From Candidatus Moraniibacteriota bacterium (GTDB lineage Bacteria > Patescibacteriota > Minisyncoccia > Moranbacterales > UBA1568): a DNA stretch of 56,894 bases. Shown one piece after another: positions 36,015 through 45,488 of the stretch (positions are counted from its first letter, which is position 1; each line of letters starts with the position of its first letter). The stretch covers positions 1 to 56,894 of the forward strand of contig CAINXS010000065.1 in the NCBI GenBank assembly GCA_903854995.1. Reading direction: 5' to 3'. The position numbers and the translations under genes were made by a program. The notes under the pieces are model-generated. The model had not been told where the DNA came from. It saw only the letters and a program-made list of their open reading frames with translations, and ran no database searches.

Positions 36015-37166
36015 ATGAAAGTCACCTGTACTCAAGAAAATCTTTCCAAAGCCCTCTCTTTTTTAGAAAGAGCTACCGGAAAGCAGACTGCATTGCCTAT
36101 CCTCAGCAATTTTCTAATCCGGGTTGAAAAGGGAAAACTGAAGCTCTCATCTACGAATCTTGAGATCGGCGTCACCACCTACGTGAACGCGAAGATAGAG
36201 GGTGCGGGGGAGATAGCTGCTCCCGTGAAAATCATTTCCAACTTCGTCGGTAATCTGCCGAGTGGTGAGGTTGTTGTCATAGACGTCCAAGGAAGCGCCA
36301 TATCCCTTGAAAGCGGGGGATATGATATGAGGGTCAGGGGTCTGGATCCGAAGGATTTTCCGATCATACCGGAGAAAAAAGGGGAAACGTCGTTTCATCT
36401 TCCCGCACAGGCGTTGAAATCAGCTCTCCAGAGGATACTGCCATGCGTTTCAATGAATGAGAGTCGGCTTGAGCTGACAGGCGTCAATATGCTCTTCTTA
36501 GACGATGAGGTGCATATAGCCGCCACAGACAGCTTCAGACTCGCGGAACAGGTCCTGAGGCTTCCTGATGGTGCTTCCGGTGAAGGCTACGACTTGTTCC
36601 GGAGTCAGAATTCGTCGCTCATCCTGCCTCACATCACGATGCAGGAATTAGCCCGCATCATTTCGCCCGAAACCGAAACCGTCGCCGTGACCTTTGAGGA
36701 AAATCAGGTCTTCTTCGATATTGACGGCGTGTCGGTGGTTTCGCGTATTATCAATGGAAAATATCCCGACTACAAACAAATATTGCCGAAGGAGTTCGCG
36801 TATGCGGCGAAACTGTCCCGGGAGGAGTTGCTTCGGGCGGTCAGGATGGCGGGCGTATTCGCGTCGCAAATGAGCGGGGAGATGCTCGTTTCGGTATCTC
36901 CGGACAGCGGTGAGGTGCTGGTCGCGGCTCGATCGTCGGAGGTGGGGGAGAATCGGACGGTCATTCATGGTGAGATTTCCGGAGGTGAGCCTGTACAGAT
37001 CCTTTTCAATCCTCGTTATGTCATCGATGGCTTGAATGCGATTTCCACGGATTCCGTCTATTTTCTCCTGAATTCGCCATCCTCGCCGGCCGGATTTCGA
37101 ATGATAGGCTCCGATGGGGTTATTGACCAGGATTATCTCTATATCGCCATGCCGATCAGGAAATAG
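36015..37166 (+). CDS. dnaN: DNA polymerase III beta sliding clamp
   Basis: 383 aa. MKVTCTQENLSKALSFLERATGKQTALPILSNFLI and a three-domain clamp layout. Position after dnaA. Confidence 0.95.
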   Translation: MKVTCTQENLSKALSFLERATGKQTALPILSNFLIRVEKGKLKLSSTNLEIGVTTYVNAKIEGAGEIAAPVKIISNFVGNLPSGEVVVIDVQGSAISLESGGYDMRVRGLDPKDFPIIPEKKGETSFHLPAQALKSALQRILPCVSMNESRLELTGVNMLFLDDEVHIAATDSFRLAEQVLRLPDGASGEGYDLFRSQNSSLILPHITMQELARIISPETETVAVTFEENQVFFDIDGVSVVSRIINGKYPDYKQILPKEFAYAAKLSREELLRAVRMAGVFASQMSGEMLVSVSPDSGEVLVAARSSEVGENRTVIHGEISGGEPVQILFNPRYVIDGLNAISTDSVYFLLNSPSSPAGFRMIGSDGVIDQDYLYIAMPIRK

Positions 37167-37215
37167 GGCACGAAATGATTTTTTATCTAGGAGAGATCAT
37201 AAATCGAATCAGCGT

Positions 37216-37518
37216 ATGCGGCGGATCGGTGACATGATGGTAATAATGCCTGTCGCTTCCGAAGCAAAGGCGAGGAAGACGGTTACAGCCGACGAAAAGA
37301 CCGTGTTTTTTCTTGCTGAAAAGGCGGTTTCCGAGTTATACGGCGTTCGAGGTCGTGAAAACGTGACGCCGAGGTATTGGAAGAGTGGAAAGCTGTTCCT
37401 TTCCTGTCGGAGTCCGCTTTGGGCGAACGAGTTGTGGATTACCCGTGATGCCTTGCGTGGCCGCATCAATGACGAGCTTGGTTATGAGGGGGTGAAAGAG
37501 ATCAAAACGTCGGAATAG
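37216..37518 (+). CDS. DUF721 / DciA-like protein
   Basis: C-terminal pattern GKLFLSCRSPLWANELWITRDALRGRINDELGYEGVKEIK matches DUF721 (DciA family), which is usually found next to dnaN/recF/gyrB. Start uncertain (37216 or 37234; ORF open from 37114). Confidence 0.65.
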   Translation: MRRIGDMMVIMPVASEAKARKTVTADEKTVFFLAEKAVSELYGVRGRENVTPRYWKSGKLFLSCRSPLWANELWITRDALRGRINDELGYEGVKEIKTSE

Positions 37519-37536
37519 GAACGAGAAACGGTACTT

Positions 37537-38106
37537 ATGGCCGATTTCAAGACTTCGGGATCGCGCTCGGCACACTCGGAACGATAGGAATCGTTTCCGT
37601 TTCACCCTCGAGCGACCCCGGGTTATTATTGGCGGCATTCGTGGCGGCAACCCTGGGATCGGTATTGCTGATATCGACAGCGATTCCGGCGTTCCATACC
37701 ACATGACGTTTGGTTCGCTCGCGCTTGTGGCGGGAGCGCTCGCGTTTGCGGAATACTCCAGATATGGAGGGGTGGATTGGATGTCGTTTCTGTATTTGCC
37801 GTCGGGACGGCTCTTTTCGTGTGGGTCGTCGTTGGGACCGTTTTCAAGCACTTCACAAGACATCGGGGAATGGCACACTCTATCCCTGCCGAGATTCTTA
37901 CGGGATTATGCACTTTTATGTTCTGTTCCCGATTCGCATTCGACGACCTGGAATCATTTCTTATTGGTTCGGCCGCGTCGGTCGGATATCTCATCCATCT
38001 CGTTCTTGACGAGGTATATGCCGCGACTAATTTCAACGGGATCATATTCTCTCCGAGCCGATCTTTAGGGAGCGCCCTCAAGATGTTCTCGCATCCCTGT
38101 TCATGA
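37537..38106 (+). pseudogene. Frameshifted DUF457/YdjM-like membrane-bound metal-dependent hydrolase
   Basis: Family-like segments sit in three different frames: FGIALGTLGTIGIV...AAFVAATLGSVL; ADIDSDSGVPYHMTFGSLALVAGALAF (compare the PDIDH motif); and ...HFTRHRGMAHSIPAEILTG...YLIHLVLDE (HRGxTHS motif, ORF 37777..38106). No single ORF covers them. Confidence 0.5.
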
Positions 38107-38294
38107 ATGTCGTCATGTATGGAACGATCGTCTTTCTCTGTGTAGTCAATCTTCTTCGGCTGCGAACACTCTTCATGTTTTTCGTGGGGCGTTTTGACTA
38201 GGCTGGGACCCGGTATCTCGGAACACCGAAGTGGGATCGATCCATCCCTTAAAAACGAACGCAACGAGGGTGCCGCGCGGATTTTCCGTGGGAA

Positions 38295-38326
38295 GAAAAA
38301 CGGCCATGACCCGAAGTCATGACCGT
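38295..38326 (-). terminator. Intrinsic terminator after the PBP1A gene
   Basis: On the minus strand, ACGGTCATGAC-TTCGG-GTCATGGCCGT is followed by TTTTTCTT. Confidence 0.75.
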
Positions 38327-38342
38327 TATTTGAAAAAATGAC

Positions 38343-40910
38343 TTACCAACTGACCGATACGCTTTTCTCGCCACCAGCCTCGTTCCCATTCTTATCCTTG
38401 ACGAGGGCTTGGATATGCACCGAAGAACCGTTCCTTTCGCTCGGAACCGTGTAGGAGGTTTCGAGAGAGTCGTTGCCCGTAGACGCGACCTCATTCCCGT
38501 CGACGAGAATTTTCAGTGAATCCACGCCGTAGGGCGCGTCGGCCTTTACCTGGATCGTTACGGACGGACCTGAACCGTCCGATGAGACCGAAACATCCGG
38601 TCGGTAGCTCGAAAAATCATTCTCTTTGCACTCGTCGGTCGGCGCGTCGGCGTTGACGTCACCCTTTCCTTTGTTTTTCTTGTACCAGTCCTTCACTCCT
38701 TCCTCCCACTTCTTGAATTGAGGATCGTTTTCCGGCTTTTCAGGCGCTTTGCCGAGAGGGTCGGAGCGATCGATATAGTAGAGGATGTCATGAACGTTCA
38801 CGAAATCCTTCTTATCCGCCTTGCTGTTCGGACAATATTCGTTCGCGAGGCAGTACTTGTTGTTCTTGCCCGGAATCTCACAGACTTTCAGGTTTTCCTG
38901 CTTGTCGAGCTGTCCGTTTAGGAGTGGCTTCTTCATCCAATCCGCATCTTTGTTTTCGTCCCGAAACGTATTCACGTCGTACTCCGGAAATCTCTCAATC
39001 GCCTGGTTTTGAAGCGCATAATCCATGAATTTTCGAAAAATCGGAGCAGCGACGTTGATGCCGTCCGCGCCGGAGATCATCGCCGTGTTATCGTTGTTTC
39101 CCGCCCAGACTCCGACGGCGATCTGCGGGGTGAAACCGACGGTCCAGCCGTCACGAAATTCGTTCGTCGTTCCGGTCTTCGCAGCGACCGGACGATTATC
39201 GAACCGCAATGGGTTGTTTGTGCCGAAAACCGGGGCCCGATAATCGTTGGTCGACATGATGTGATCGAGCATGGCGACGTACTTTTCATCGACGACGCGC
39301 TCGCCGGCCGAATCCTTGAACTCTTCGAGTACATTTCCTTTCGCGTCCTCGATCTTGAGTATGGCCGTCTTGTCCCGACGAACACCGCCTTGTGCCAGTG
39401 TCGAATAGGCATTCACATGATCAAGGAGCGTGATTTCTCCTCCGCCGAGAACGAGCGACAATCCGTACCGGTTCTCATCCTGGAGACTCGTGATGCCGAG
39501 GCTTTTCGCGAAAGTGATTGCGTCCTTCACGCCGACGAGGTAAAGCGTCTTTACGGCAGGAATGTTGAGTGACTGCGCAAGTGTCTCCTTCATCGGCATC
39601 GGGCCGTTGAACTTCCCATTGTAATTCTGCGGCTTGTAATCCTTTCCCTCGTCCGTGCTGAAATTCGTTTCCGTGTCGTAGAGGATCGTCTCCGGGGTAT
39701 AGCCTTTCGTGAACGCATCGAGATAGACATACGGCTTGAAGGACGAGCCCGGCTGCCGTTCCCGGATGGCCACGTTCACCTGGCCGTCGATCGCCTTATC
39801 GAAGTAGTCGCGCGAGCCGACCATGGCGAGTATCTGTCCCGTTTTCGGGTCCATAGCGACAAGAGAGGCATTCTCCGCCTTCCATTTCCGCTCGTTCTCT
39901 ACCGCCTGATCGTGAACGATCCGCTGTGCCTCCTCCTGTTTGTCCCAGTCGAGTGTCGTATAGACCTTGAGACCCATCGACTCCACGGCACTCTCGCCGT
40001 ATTTTTGTGAAAGATAGTCTTTTACGAACATGACGAAGTGGGGAGCCGCGATGATGTCTTTCTGCGTGGCTATTTTGTCGAGCGTTTTCTCCGCGATGGC
40101 GGCATCCGCTTCCTCTTGGGTGATATAACCGAGTTTCGCCATTTGTTGAAGGGCCTTTTCTTTGCGGACGATGAGTCGATCGACATGGGAGCCATACGGC
40201 GAATAGTAGGTCGGCGCGTTCGGAAGCGATGCGAGGACGGCCGATTCATCGAGCGAAAGATCTTTCGCGGGCTTTCCGAAAAATGTCTGTGCGGCCGCCT
40301 CGATCCCGTACGCGTTCGATCCGTAGGGAATCTCGTTCAGATACATGCCGAGAATCTCGTCCTTGCCGAATTTTTGCTCGATTTCAAGTGAGAGCAGGAC
40401 CTCCTTCACCTTTCGGACAAGCGTTTTTTCGTTCGTCAGAAGCGAGTTTTTCACGAATTGCTGGGTTATGGTCGATCCTCCCTGGGCGGCGCCGCCCCGT
40501 ACGACATCCTTGAAGACGGCACGGAGAATGGAGGACAGTTTGATGCCGTGGTGCGAATAGAAATCCTGATCTTCGAGGACTAGCGTCGCGACCTGGACGC
40601 TTTTCGGGATATCGGCAAACGCGACGATAGTCCTTTTTTCCTCGCCGTGAACGTCATAGAGCAGGTGTTCGCCGGATCGGTCGTAAATCTTCGTGGATTC
40701 CGGTATGACGCGAGAGTTGACTTTCCCAGGGCTCGGCAAATCCTTCGCGACCCATGCGAAGAGCGCAATCGCGATGATGAACACCGTTCCGGCGCCCCAA
40801 AGGGCGATACGCCCGAGGATTTTCGGCCATTCGCGCCTGTCAGCTTCGGACAATCTCCGCCACCTGCCGTCCGATGGCCGGAATCGGTCAAAAAGTCTTT
40901 TCATAAGCAA
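38343..40910 (-). CDS. Class A penicillin-binding protein (PBP1A: glycosyltransferase + transpeptidase) with C-terminal extension
   Basis: 855 aa. GT51 motifs EDQDFYSHHGI and RKVKE. Transpeptidase motifs SSFKP (SxxK) and KTGTT. The last ~120 aa look like an extra beta-rich domain. Confidence 0.92.
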   Translation of the reverse strand: MLMKRLFDRFRPSDGRWRRLSEADRREWPKILGRIALWGAGTVFIIAIALFAWVAKDLPSPGKVNSRVIPESTKIYDRSGEHLLYDVHGEEKRTIVAFADIPKSVQVATLVLEDQDFYSHHGIKLSSILRAVFKDVVRGGAAQGGSTITQQFVKNSLLTNEKTLVRKVKEVLLSLEIEQKFGKDEILGMYLNEIPYGSNAYGIEAAAQTFFGKPAKDLSLDESAVLASLPNAPTYYSPYGSHVDRLIVRKEKALQQMAKLGYITQEEADAAIAEKTLDKIATQKDIIAAPHFVMFVKDYLSQKYGESAVESMGLKVYTTLDWDKQEEAQRIVHDQAVENERKWKAENASLVAMDPKTGQILAMVGSRDYFDKAIDGQVNVAIRERQPGSSFKPYVYLDAFTKGYTPETILYDTETNFSTDEGKDYKPQNYNGKFNGPMPMKETLAQSLNIPAVKTLYLVGVKDAITFAKSLGITSLQDENRYGLSLVLGGGEITLLDHVNAYSTLAQGGVRRDKTAILKIEDAKGNVLEEFKDSAGERVVDEKYVAMLDHIMSTNDYRAPVFGTNNPLRFDNRPVAAKTGTTNEFRDGWTVGFTPQIAVGVWAGNNDNTAMISGADGINVAAPIFRKFMDYALQNQAIERFPEYDVNTFRDENKDADWMKKPLLNGQLDKQENLKVCEIPGKNNKYCLANEYCPNSKADKKDFVNVHDILYYIDRSDPLGKAPEKPENDPQFKKWEEGVKDWYKKNKGKGDVNADAPTDECKENDFSSYRPDVSVSSDGSGPSVTIQVKADAPYGVDSLKILVDGNEVASTGNDSLETSYTVPSERNGSSVHIQALVKDKNGNEAGGEKSVSVSW

Positions 40911-40974
40911 AAATCAGCTTTTGTAGGCTGATTTTACCACGGAACGCCAGAAAATTCCAGAGAGTGACAGTGGG

Positions 40975-41877
40975 TCAATTCATAGGAAACAGGTGATGGA
41001 TGATTTTTTTCGCGACGTTGATGCCGGTAACCTTTTCGAACCCCGTGAACTGGGCGGACGTATTTACCTCGACGGCGAGAAAACCGTTATCACTCCTTAT
41101 GAAGTCGATGCCTGCATAGAGAAGGTTTCCTTCCCGCATTATCTTTTTTGCCAACTCGTCCAATTCAGGTATCCGAGAGGCCATTTCAGCTATACCGCCG
41201 AGTGAAATATTCGATTTGAAACCGCTAGTTGCGGTACGTCGCATCGTGCCGAGTACCTCGTTGCCAAGACAGAGAACCCTGAAATCCTCTCCAGCAGCTT
41301 CCGACACGTATCTCTGAACGATGAAATCCGTATTCGATACTTTCCGGACGCCGTCCCTGTTGGTGATACTTCCCATGCATTCAAGATATCGGAGGAGCTC
41401 TTCCGTGGAGTGTACGCATTCCACGTACTTTCCCTGTGATCCTTGTCTTTTCTTCACGATGAGCGGAAATCCGCCGAGACGCTGGATGGCATCATGAAGC
41501 GACTTCATCGAGCTGACGAGATACGTTTCCGGTGTCTGTATGCCCTTCCTTAAGAAGAAGGCGTTTCCCTGGAGCTTGTCGGAAAAGCGCATGGATGAGA
41601 CGGAAGGCCATATGTCGAAGCCTTCGGCTTCCAAGAATGATTCCAACGCATGATTGATGCCCGCGTTCGAAATCGCCCAGAAGACGTCGGTAGGTCGGAA
41701 GATCAGCCGTTTTCCGTCCAGAATGATTCCGTCGTTCCCAACGAGTGTCCGATAGGAATGCACGGGCAGTATCTCGATACCGGCTTTGAGACACTCTTCC
41801 GTGAGTCGTACGTACCGGTGCTCGTTTTCCGACTCATAAAACAGCACGAGCCGTTTCGATTTGGATTTATCGTGCAT
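40975..41877 (-). CDS. RimK-type ATP-grasp ligase
   Basis: 300 aa. GFPLIVKKRQGSQGKYV, FIVQRYVSEAAGEDFRVLCLGNEVLGTMRR, SNISLGG, and YAGIDFIRSDNGFLAVEVNTSAQF are typical of RimK/alpha-L-glutamate-ligase ATP-grasp enzymes. Confidence 0.75.
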   Translation of the reverse strand: MHDKSKSKRLVLFYESENEHRYVRLTEECLKAGIEILPVHSYRTLVGNDGIILDGKRLIFRPTDVFWAISNAGINHALESFLEAEGFDIWPSVSSMRFSDKLQGNAFFLRKGIQTPETYLVSSMKSLHDAIQRLGGFPLIVKKRQGSQGKYVECVHSTEELLRYLECMGSITNRDGVRKVSNTDFIVQRYVSEAAGEDFRVLCLGNEVLGTMRRTATSGFKSNISLGGIAEMASRIPELDELAKKIMREGNLLYAGIDFIRSDNGFLAVEVNTSAQFTGFEKVTGINVAKKIIHHLFPMN

Positions 41878-43126
41878 ACTTCGCTTTGAAATATTTTTTC
41901 ACCCAACGCAGGGTTTTTACATGGTCGTCCCCGCAAATGACGACGACGACATCTCCGGGACCGGATTTTTCGGAGGACCGGCGTATGGCGCGCTCTTCCA
42001 CGAGAATCCTTTCGACGTTTTCGCGCGGCATATTTTCCAGGATACCGTTCTCGAAGAGCGCCGATACTTCTCCGATTTCCCGGACAATCGACGTATTCTT
42101 TCCGACGAACCTTCCTCTGGTCACCCCGTCGATCTTGTCGTACACGATGAGACGGTCGAACGACCGCGCGATATCCCGACCCGTTTCCCGGATCATCGCA
42201 TCTGTCCGGTCAGGCGCGAGTCTGACGACGCCGATGAGACGATTCGTCTTCAGCGAGTTTCCGAGCTCGGCTATCGCAAGGAGCGAACGCTTCTCATGTG
42301 CATAGTCGATGAGAATCGTGACGCCCTCATCATTTCTGAGAAGGGTCAGTCTTCCTCCTTCTCGGTCCGGTACGTAGCGACGTAAGATGCCGGCGATCCT
42401 TCGTGAGCTGACGTCTGTTCCGATTGCGTGCAGACCGGCAACGATGAACATCAGGTTAAAGAGCGATGGCTTGAATGTCCCGCCGAACGTCCAGGGAATA
42501 TCCCTTACGTCGACGACCTTCGTGGTCGTTTCCGCAGTTCTGATAATAACGGCATCGTGCTTGGTGGTGACCAGGGAGCCTCCCTCTCGGATGTGCCGTT
42601 CCACGTCAAAAGAGGAGAAGTCGAATCCTACCGGAAGTAGACGGATGCCTTTGTCTGCTGGGAGCGCTTTGAGTTGCTCACAGACGAGCGGATCGTCCGC
42701 ATTGAAAACTGCGGTACCATGTTCGCCGATCTGCCTGAATATGAACGACTTTGCCGCCGCGAGATCTTCGCGCGTCTTCAGTCTTCCAATGCCCAGATGA
42801 TCCTCGAACACGTTCGTGAATATGCCGACGGAATGAGATCCGTATCCGAGTCCATGGACACCGTTCGAGCCGAGCGCCGTTTCCAAGACAGCGGTGAAGT
42901 CCGGGTAATAGGGTTTCATCGTGATAAGAAATTTTCCCGGACAGACTGTCGGTGCCTTGTTGAAGAGATTCCTGCTGTCCTGAAGGGTGCTCTTTCGTCT
43001 CTCGTTTACGTAATGTCCGTCGGTATCGACCCTCAGCGTCCTCATCCCGAGCGAATGCAGAACGAACGCTATTCCTCGGGTCACCGTTGTTTTTCCCTTG
43101 GTTCCAGTAATCGAGAGTATGTTCAT
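41867..43126 (-). CDS. Mur-ligase-family protein (similar to the M domain of cyanophycin synthetase)
   Basis: 419 aa. MNILSITGTKGKTTVT (Mur-ligase P-loop), FTNVFEDHLG, and LIDYAHEKRSL (DYAH motif). Confidence 0.75.
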   Translation of the reverse strand: MNILSITGTKGKTTVTRGIAFVLHSLGMRTLRVDTDGHYVNERRKSTLQDSRNLFNKAPTVCPGKFLITMKPYYPDFTAVLETALGSNGVHGLGYGSHSVGIFTNVFEDHLGIGRLKTREDLAAAKSFIFRQIGEHGTAVFNADDPLVCEQLKALPADKGIRLLPVGFDFSSFDVERHIREGGSLVTTKHDAVIIRTAETTTKVVDVRDIPWTFGGTFKPSLFNLMFIVAGLHAIGTDVSSRRIAGILRRYVPDREGGRLTLLRNDEGVTILIDYAHEKRSLLAIAELGNSLKTNRLIGVVRLAPDRTDAMIRETGRDIARSFDRLIVYDKIDGVTRGRFVGKNTSIVREIGEVSALFENGILENMPRENVERILVEERAIRRSSEKSGPGDVVVVICGDDHVKTLRWVKKYFKAKYAR

Positions 43127-43133
43127 AAGGATT

Positions 43134-44072
43134 TCACTTCTTGAAAATATCGTAGAGGATGTCTCGAATCACGCGTCTCGCATCCCCGGCTCCCGGTTCG
43201 TAGTGGATACTGAGGCTCGGCCGGCTGTTGATTTCGAGGAAGAGAATCTTCTGGGAGTCCGGCGACTTCGAGATGTCTTCACATATCAGGTCTATTCCAC
43301 CGAGCCTGAGATTGACGGCTCGTGCCGCCTGCGCGGCCAGTGCCACGATACCCTCGTGCACCGCATCGGTGCAGTCTCGTGAGGACCCTCCTTCGGCAAG
43401 ACAGGAGTTTTCCTGGAGCAGCACCTGTTCACCGTCCTGTGGAACGGATGTCGGCGAAAAACCTCGCTTTTCAAGCGTTTCAAGCACTTTCTCGTTGATA
43501 ATGATCGTATTTCCGAAGTCGGCATTCCGGGCTTCTACAAGCGCAAGGACGGTGTCGACCCCGTTCCCGAGAATTTTCGGAGGAATCATTTCCAATGCCC
43601 CGATGATATGATCGCCCAAGACGAGGAGTCGGTATTCTCGTCCGAATGCCATTTCCTGGACGATGAATCCGCCATGAAACCTTTCGGAAACGGCGCGGAG
43701 TTCTTCCAGAGAACGGATATTGGTATGGATATTTCGGCTTTTCGATCCGCCGGATTCCTTGACGACCACCGGAAAATGGAAATCCGTCCGCTTGTCGGTT
43801 TTGAATTCGTTCGTGTTCCTGAAGTAGCGTCCGTGCGGGAAAGGGATATGGTCCCGCTCCCATAAAAGATGGGTAAGCTCCTTCGATTTCGAAAGCTTGA
43901 CACTTTCGGATTTCGGATTCTCCGCGAGATGAAACGTCTCCATTATCCTGATGGTCACGGAGCCATCAGAAATTTCCAACAGTTCCTTCTCGCGGGAAAC
44001 GATATCTACGGACAGTCCGATTCCGACCGCCTCCCGCATGATGAGGTCGGCGTTCTTGTTGAGCTTTTTCAT
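43134..44072 (-). CDS. ATP-grasp ligase resembling the G domain of cyanophycin synthetase
   Basis: FPVVVKESGGSKSRNI, FIVQEMAFGREYRLLVLGDHIIGALE...ILGNGVDTVLALVE, NSCLAEGGSSRDCTDAVHEGI, and GGIDLICEDIS...LFLEINSRPSLSIHYEP. The ATG at 44072 overlaps the upstream stop in an ATGA arrangement; the ORF is open to 44117. Confidence 0.7.
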   Translation of the reverse strand: MKKLNKNADLIMREAVGIGLSVDIVSREKELLEISDGSVTIRIMETFHLAENPKSESVKLSKSKELTHLLWERDHIPFPHGRYFRNTNEFKTDKRTDFHFPVVVKESGGSKSRNIHTNIRSLEELRAVSERFHGGFIVQEMAFGREYRLLVLGDHIIGALEMIPPKILGNGVDTVLALVEARNADFGNTIIINEKVLETLEKRGFSPTSVPQDGEQVLLQENSCLAEGGSSRDCTDAVHEGIVALAAQAARAVNLRLGGIDLICEDISKSPDSQKILFLEINSRPSLSIHYEPGAGDARRVIRDILYDIFKK

Positions 44073-45484
44073 AGTGTCGGCTTGTTCACGTCGATAAGGA
44101 ATTTCTTGAGATTCCATCGCCCGATGATGACAGGGTATTTCAGATTCGATCGGTCGACCACCGAGACTTTCGACGGGACCTCTATGCCGTCCATGATAAA
44201 ACTTAACCGGACTTTCGGGCGAAGGGAAATCCCGTTGGACGAGTAGATGAAAGCGATGTCCTCGAGATCATCGTGCTTTCCGACGTATTCTTTCCTGAGA
44301 CGCTCTTCCATCTCTCTGGCCCCCGCCCGTTCCTCGGGGACAAGACGTTCGATGGTTTCAAAATAATCGAGCACGTCGCCGAATCCGAGTTGGCAGGCAA
44401 GGTCGGTGTCTATCGATGTGGAATCAGCCCCGGTGTCGATTTTCGCGTTCACGACGATTTCTTTCCCATCCTTCCCGATAAGCTTTACCTTTTCTACGGA
44501 CCCGATGACACGCTTTCCGGAGAGCTCCTCGATTTCCTCCTCGATCTCTCCGCCGAAGAGGTTCTTCCCGAGGAGGATGCCTCGCTCGGTCGTCTTCACC
44601 TTGAGGCCCTTCACCCTATCCAGCCGACCCTTGAGTCCCGTGAGATTGGCGATCTGTATGGAGAGGCCAGGACGGGCGTTGAGTTCGAGAAGCACCGGGC
44701 CGCGATCGCGATCGATGGCGATATCCGCCCCGAGAAAGCCGAGTCCGGAAACGGATTGTGACTCGACCGCTATCCGCAGAATCTCGTTCCAGTAGGGGAT
44801 CCGGATTCCGGAGAGAGCGAGCCGTGTTTTCGGAACGTATTCGATGATGAACGATTTTCCAACGACGGCACTCGTCGTGGTTCCGGTCGCGAGGTCGATG
44901 CCGAGTCCTATCGCGCCCTGTTGCAGGTTCGCCTTGCCGTCGGATTCCCGTGTGGGGAGACGGAGCATGGCCATGACGGGAACCTTGTTAAAAACGATGA
45001 CGCGGATGTCGGGGATTCCCTTGTATGCGTACGGCTTGAACAGCTTGAGCAGCTTCAGACGTTCCTCGAAGAACGCGATATCCGGCGTGTTCGTAAGCGA
45101 ATACGATCCGTCGAGAATGTTGCGAATGTGCGCCTTGAGATCGTCGACGGTCACGACGGACCCGTTCGCCTTGACCCAGGCGTCGGTTCGACCGCGCCTC
45201 CGTCCGTAAACGATGAGTATACCTTCTCCGCCGAAGCCCCGATTCGGTTTGAGCGCGAAGCTTCCCGGTAGCGAATCCCAGTCGAAGGTATCGAGCTCCG
45301 CATGGTTTCTGATGCGCGCGACAAGGCCCGGAACGGGAAGTCCGTTCTTTCGGAGCAACCGTTTCGCGAGAAGTTTGTTGTCGGCGAACTCTCGGCTGCG
45401 GCGCCGGTTCAACGGACGCACGTAGTCGAGATTTCGTGCGTTCATGCCGAGGACCTCGCGGCTGTTTCGAAGCAGTTCGAACAT
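44069..45484 (-). CDS. RimK-related ATP-grasp ligase fused to a C-terminal retropepsin-like (RimB/DUF785-type) domain
   Basis: 471 aa. N-terminus VLGMNARNLDYVRPLNRRRSREFADNKLLAKRLL and ...ANLQQGAIGLGIDL..., LGADIAIDRDRGPVLLELNARPGLSIQ (alpha-L-glutamate-ligase-related family). C-terminus VNAKIDTGADSTSID ... VVDRSNLKYPVIIGRWNLKKFLIDV (DTGA aspartic-protease-like motif). Confidence 0.7.
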   Translation of the reverse strand: MFELLRNSREVLGMNARNLDYVRPLNRRRSREFADNKLLAKRLLRKNGLPVPGLVARIRNHAELDTFDWDSLPGSFALKPNRGFGGEGILIVYGRRRGRTDAWVKANGSVVTVDDLKAHIRNILDGSYSLTNTPDIAFFEERLKLLKLFKPYAYKGIPDIRVIVFNKVPVMAMLRLPTRESDGKANLQQGAIGLGIDLATGTTTSAVVGKSFIIEYVPKTRLALSGIRIPYWNEILRIAVESQSVSGLGFLGADIAIDRDRGPVLLELNARPGLSIQIANLTGLKGRLDRVKGLKVKTTERGILLGKNLFGGEIEEEIEELSGKRVIGSVEKVKLIGKDGKEIVVNAKIDTGADSTSIDTDLACQLGFGDVLDYFETIERLVPEERAGAREMEERLRKEYVGKHDDLEDIAFIYSSNGISLRPKVRLSFIMDGIEVPSKVSVVDRSNLKYPVIIGRWNLKKFLIDVNKPTL

Positions 45485-45488
45485 ACGA

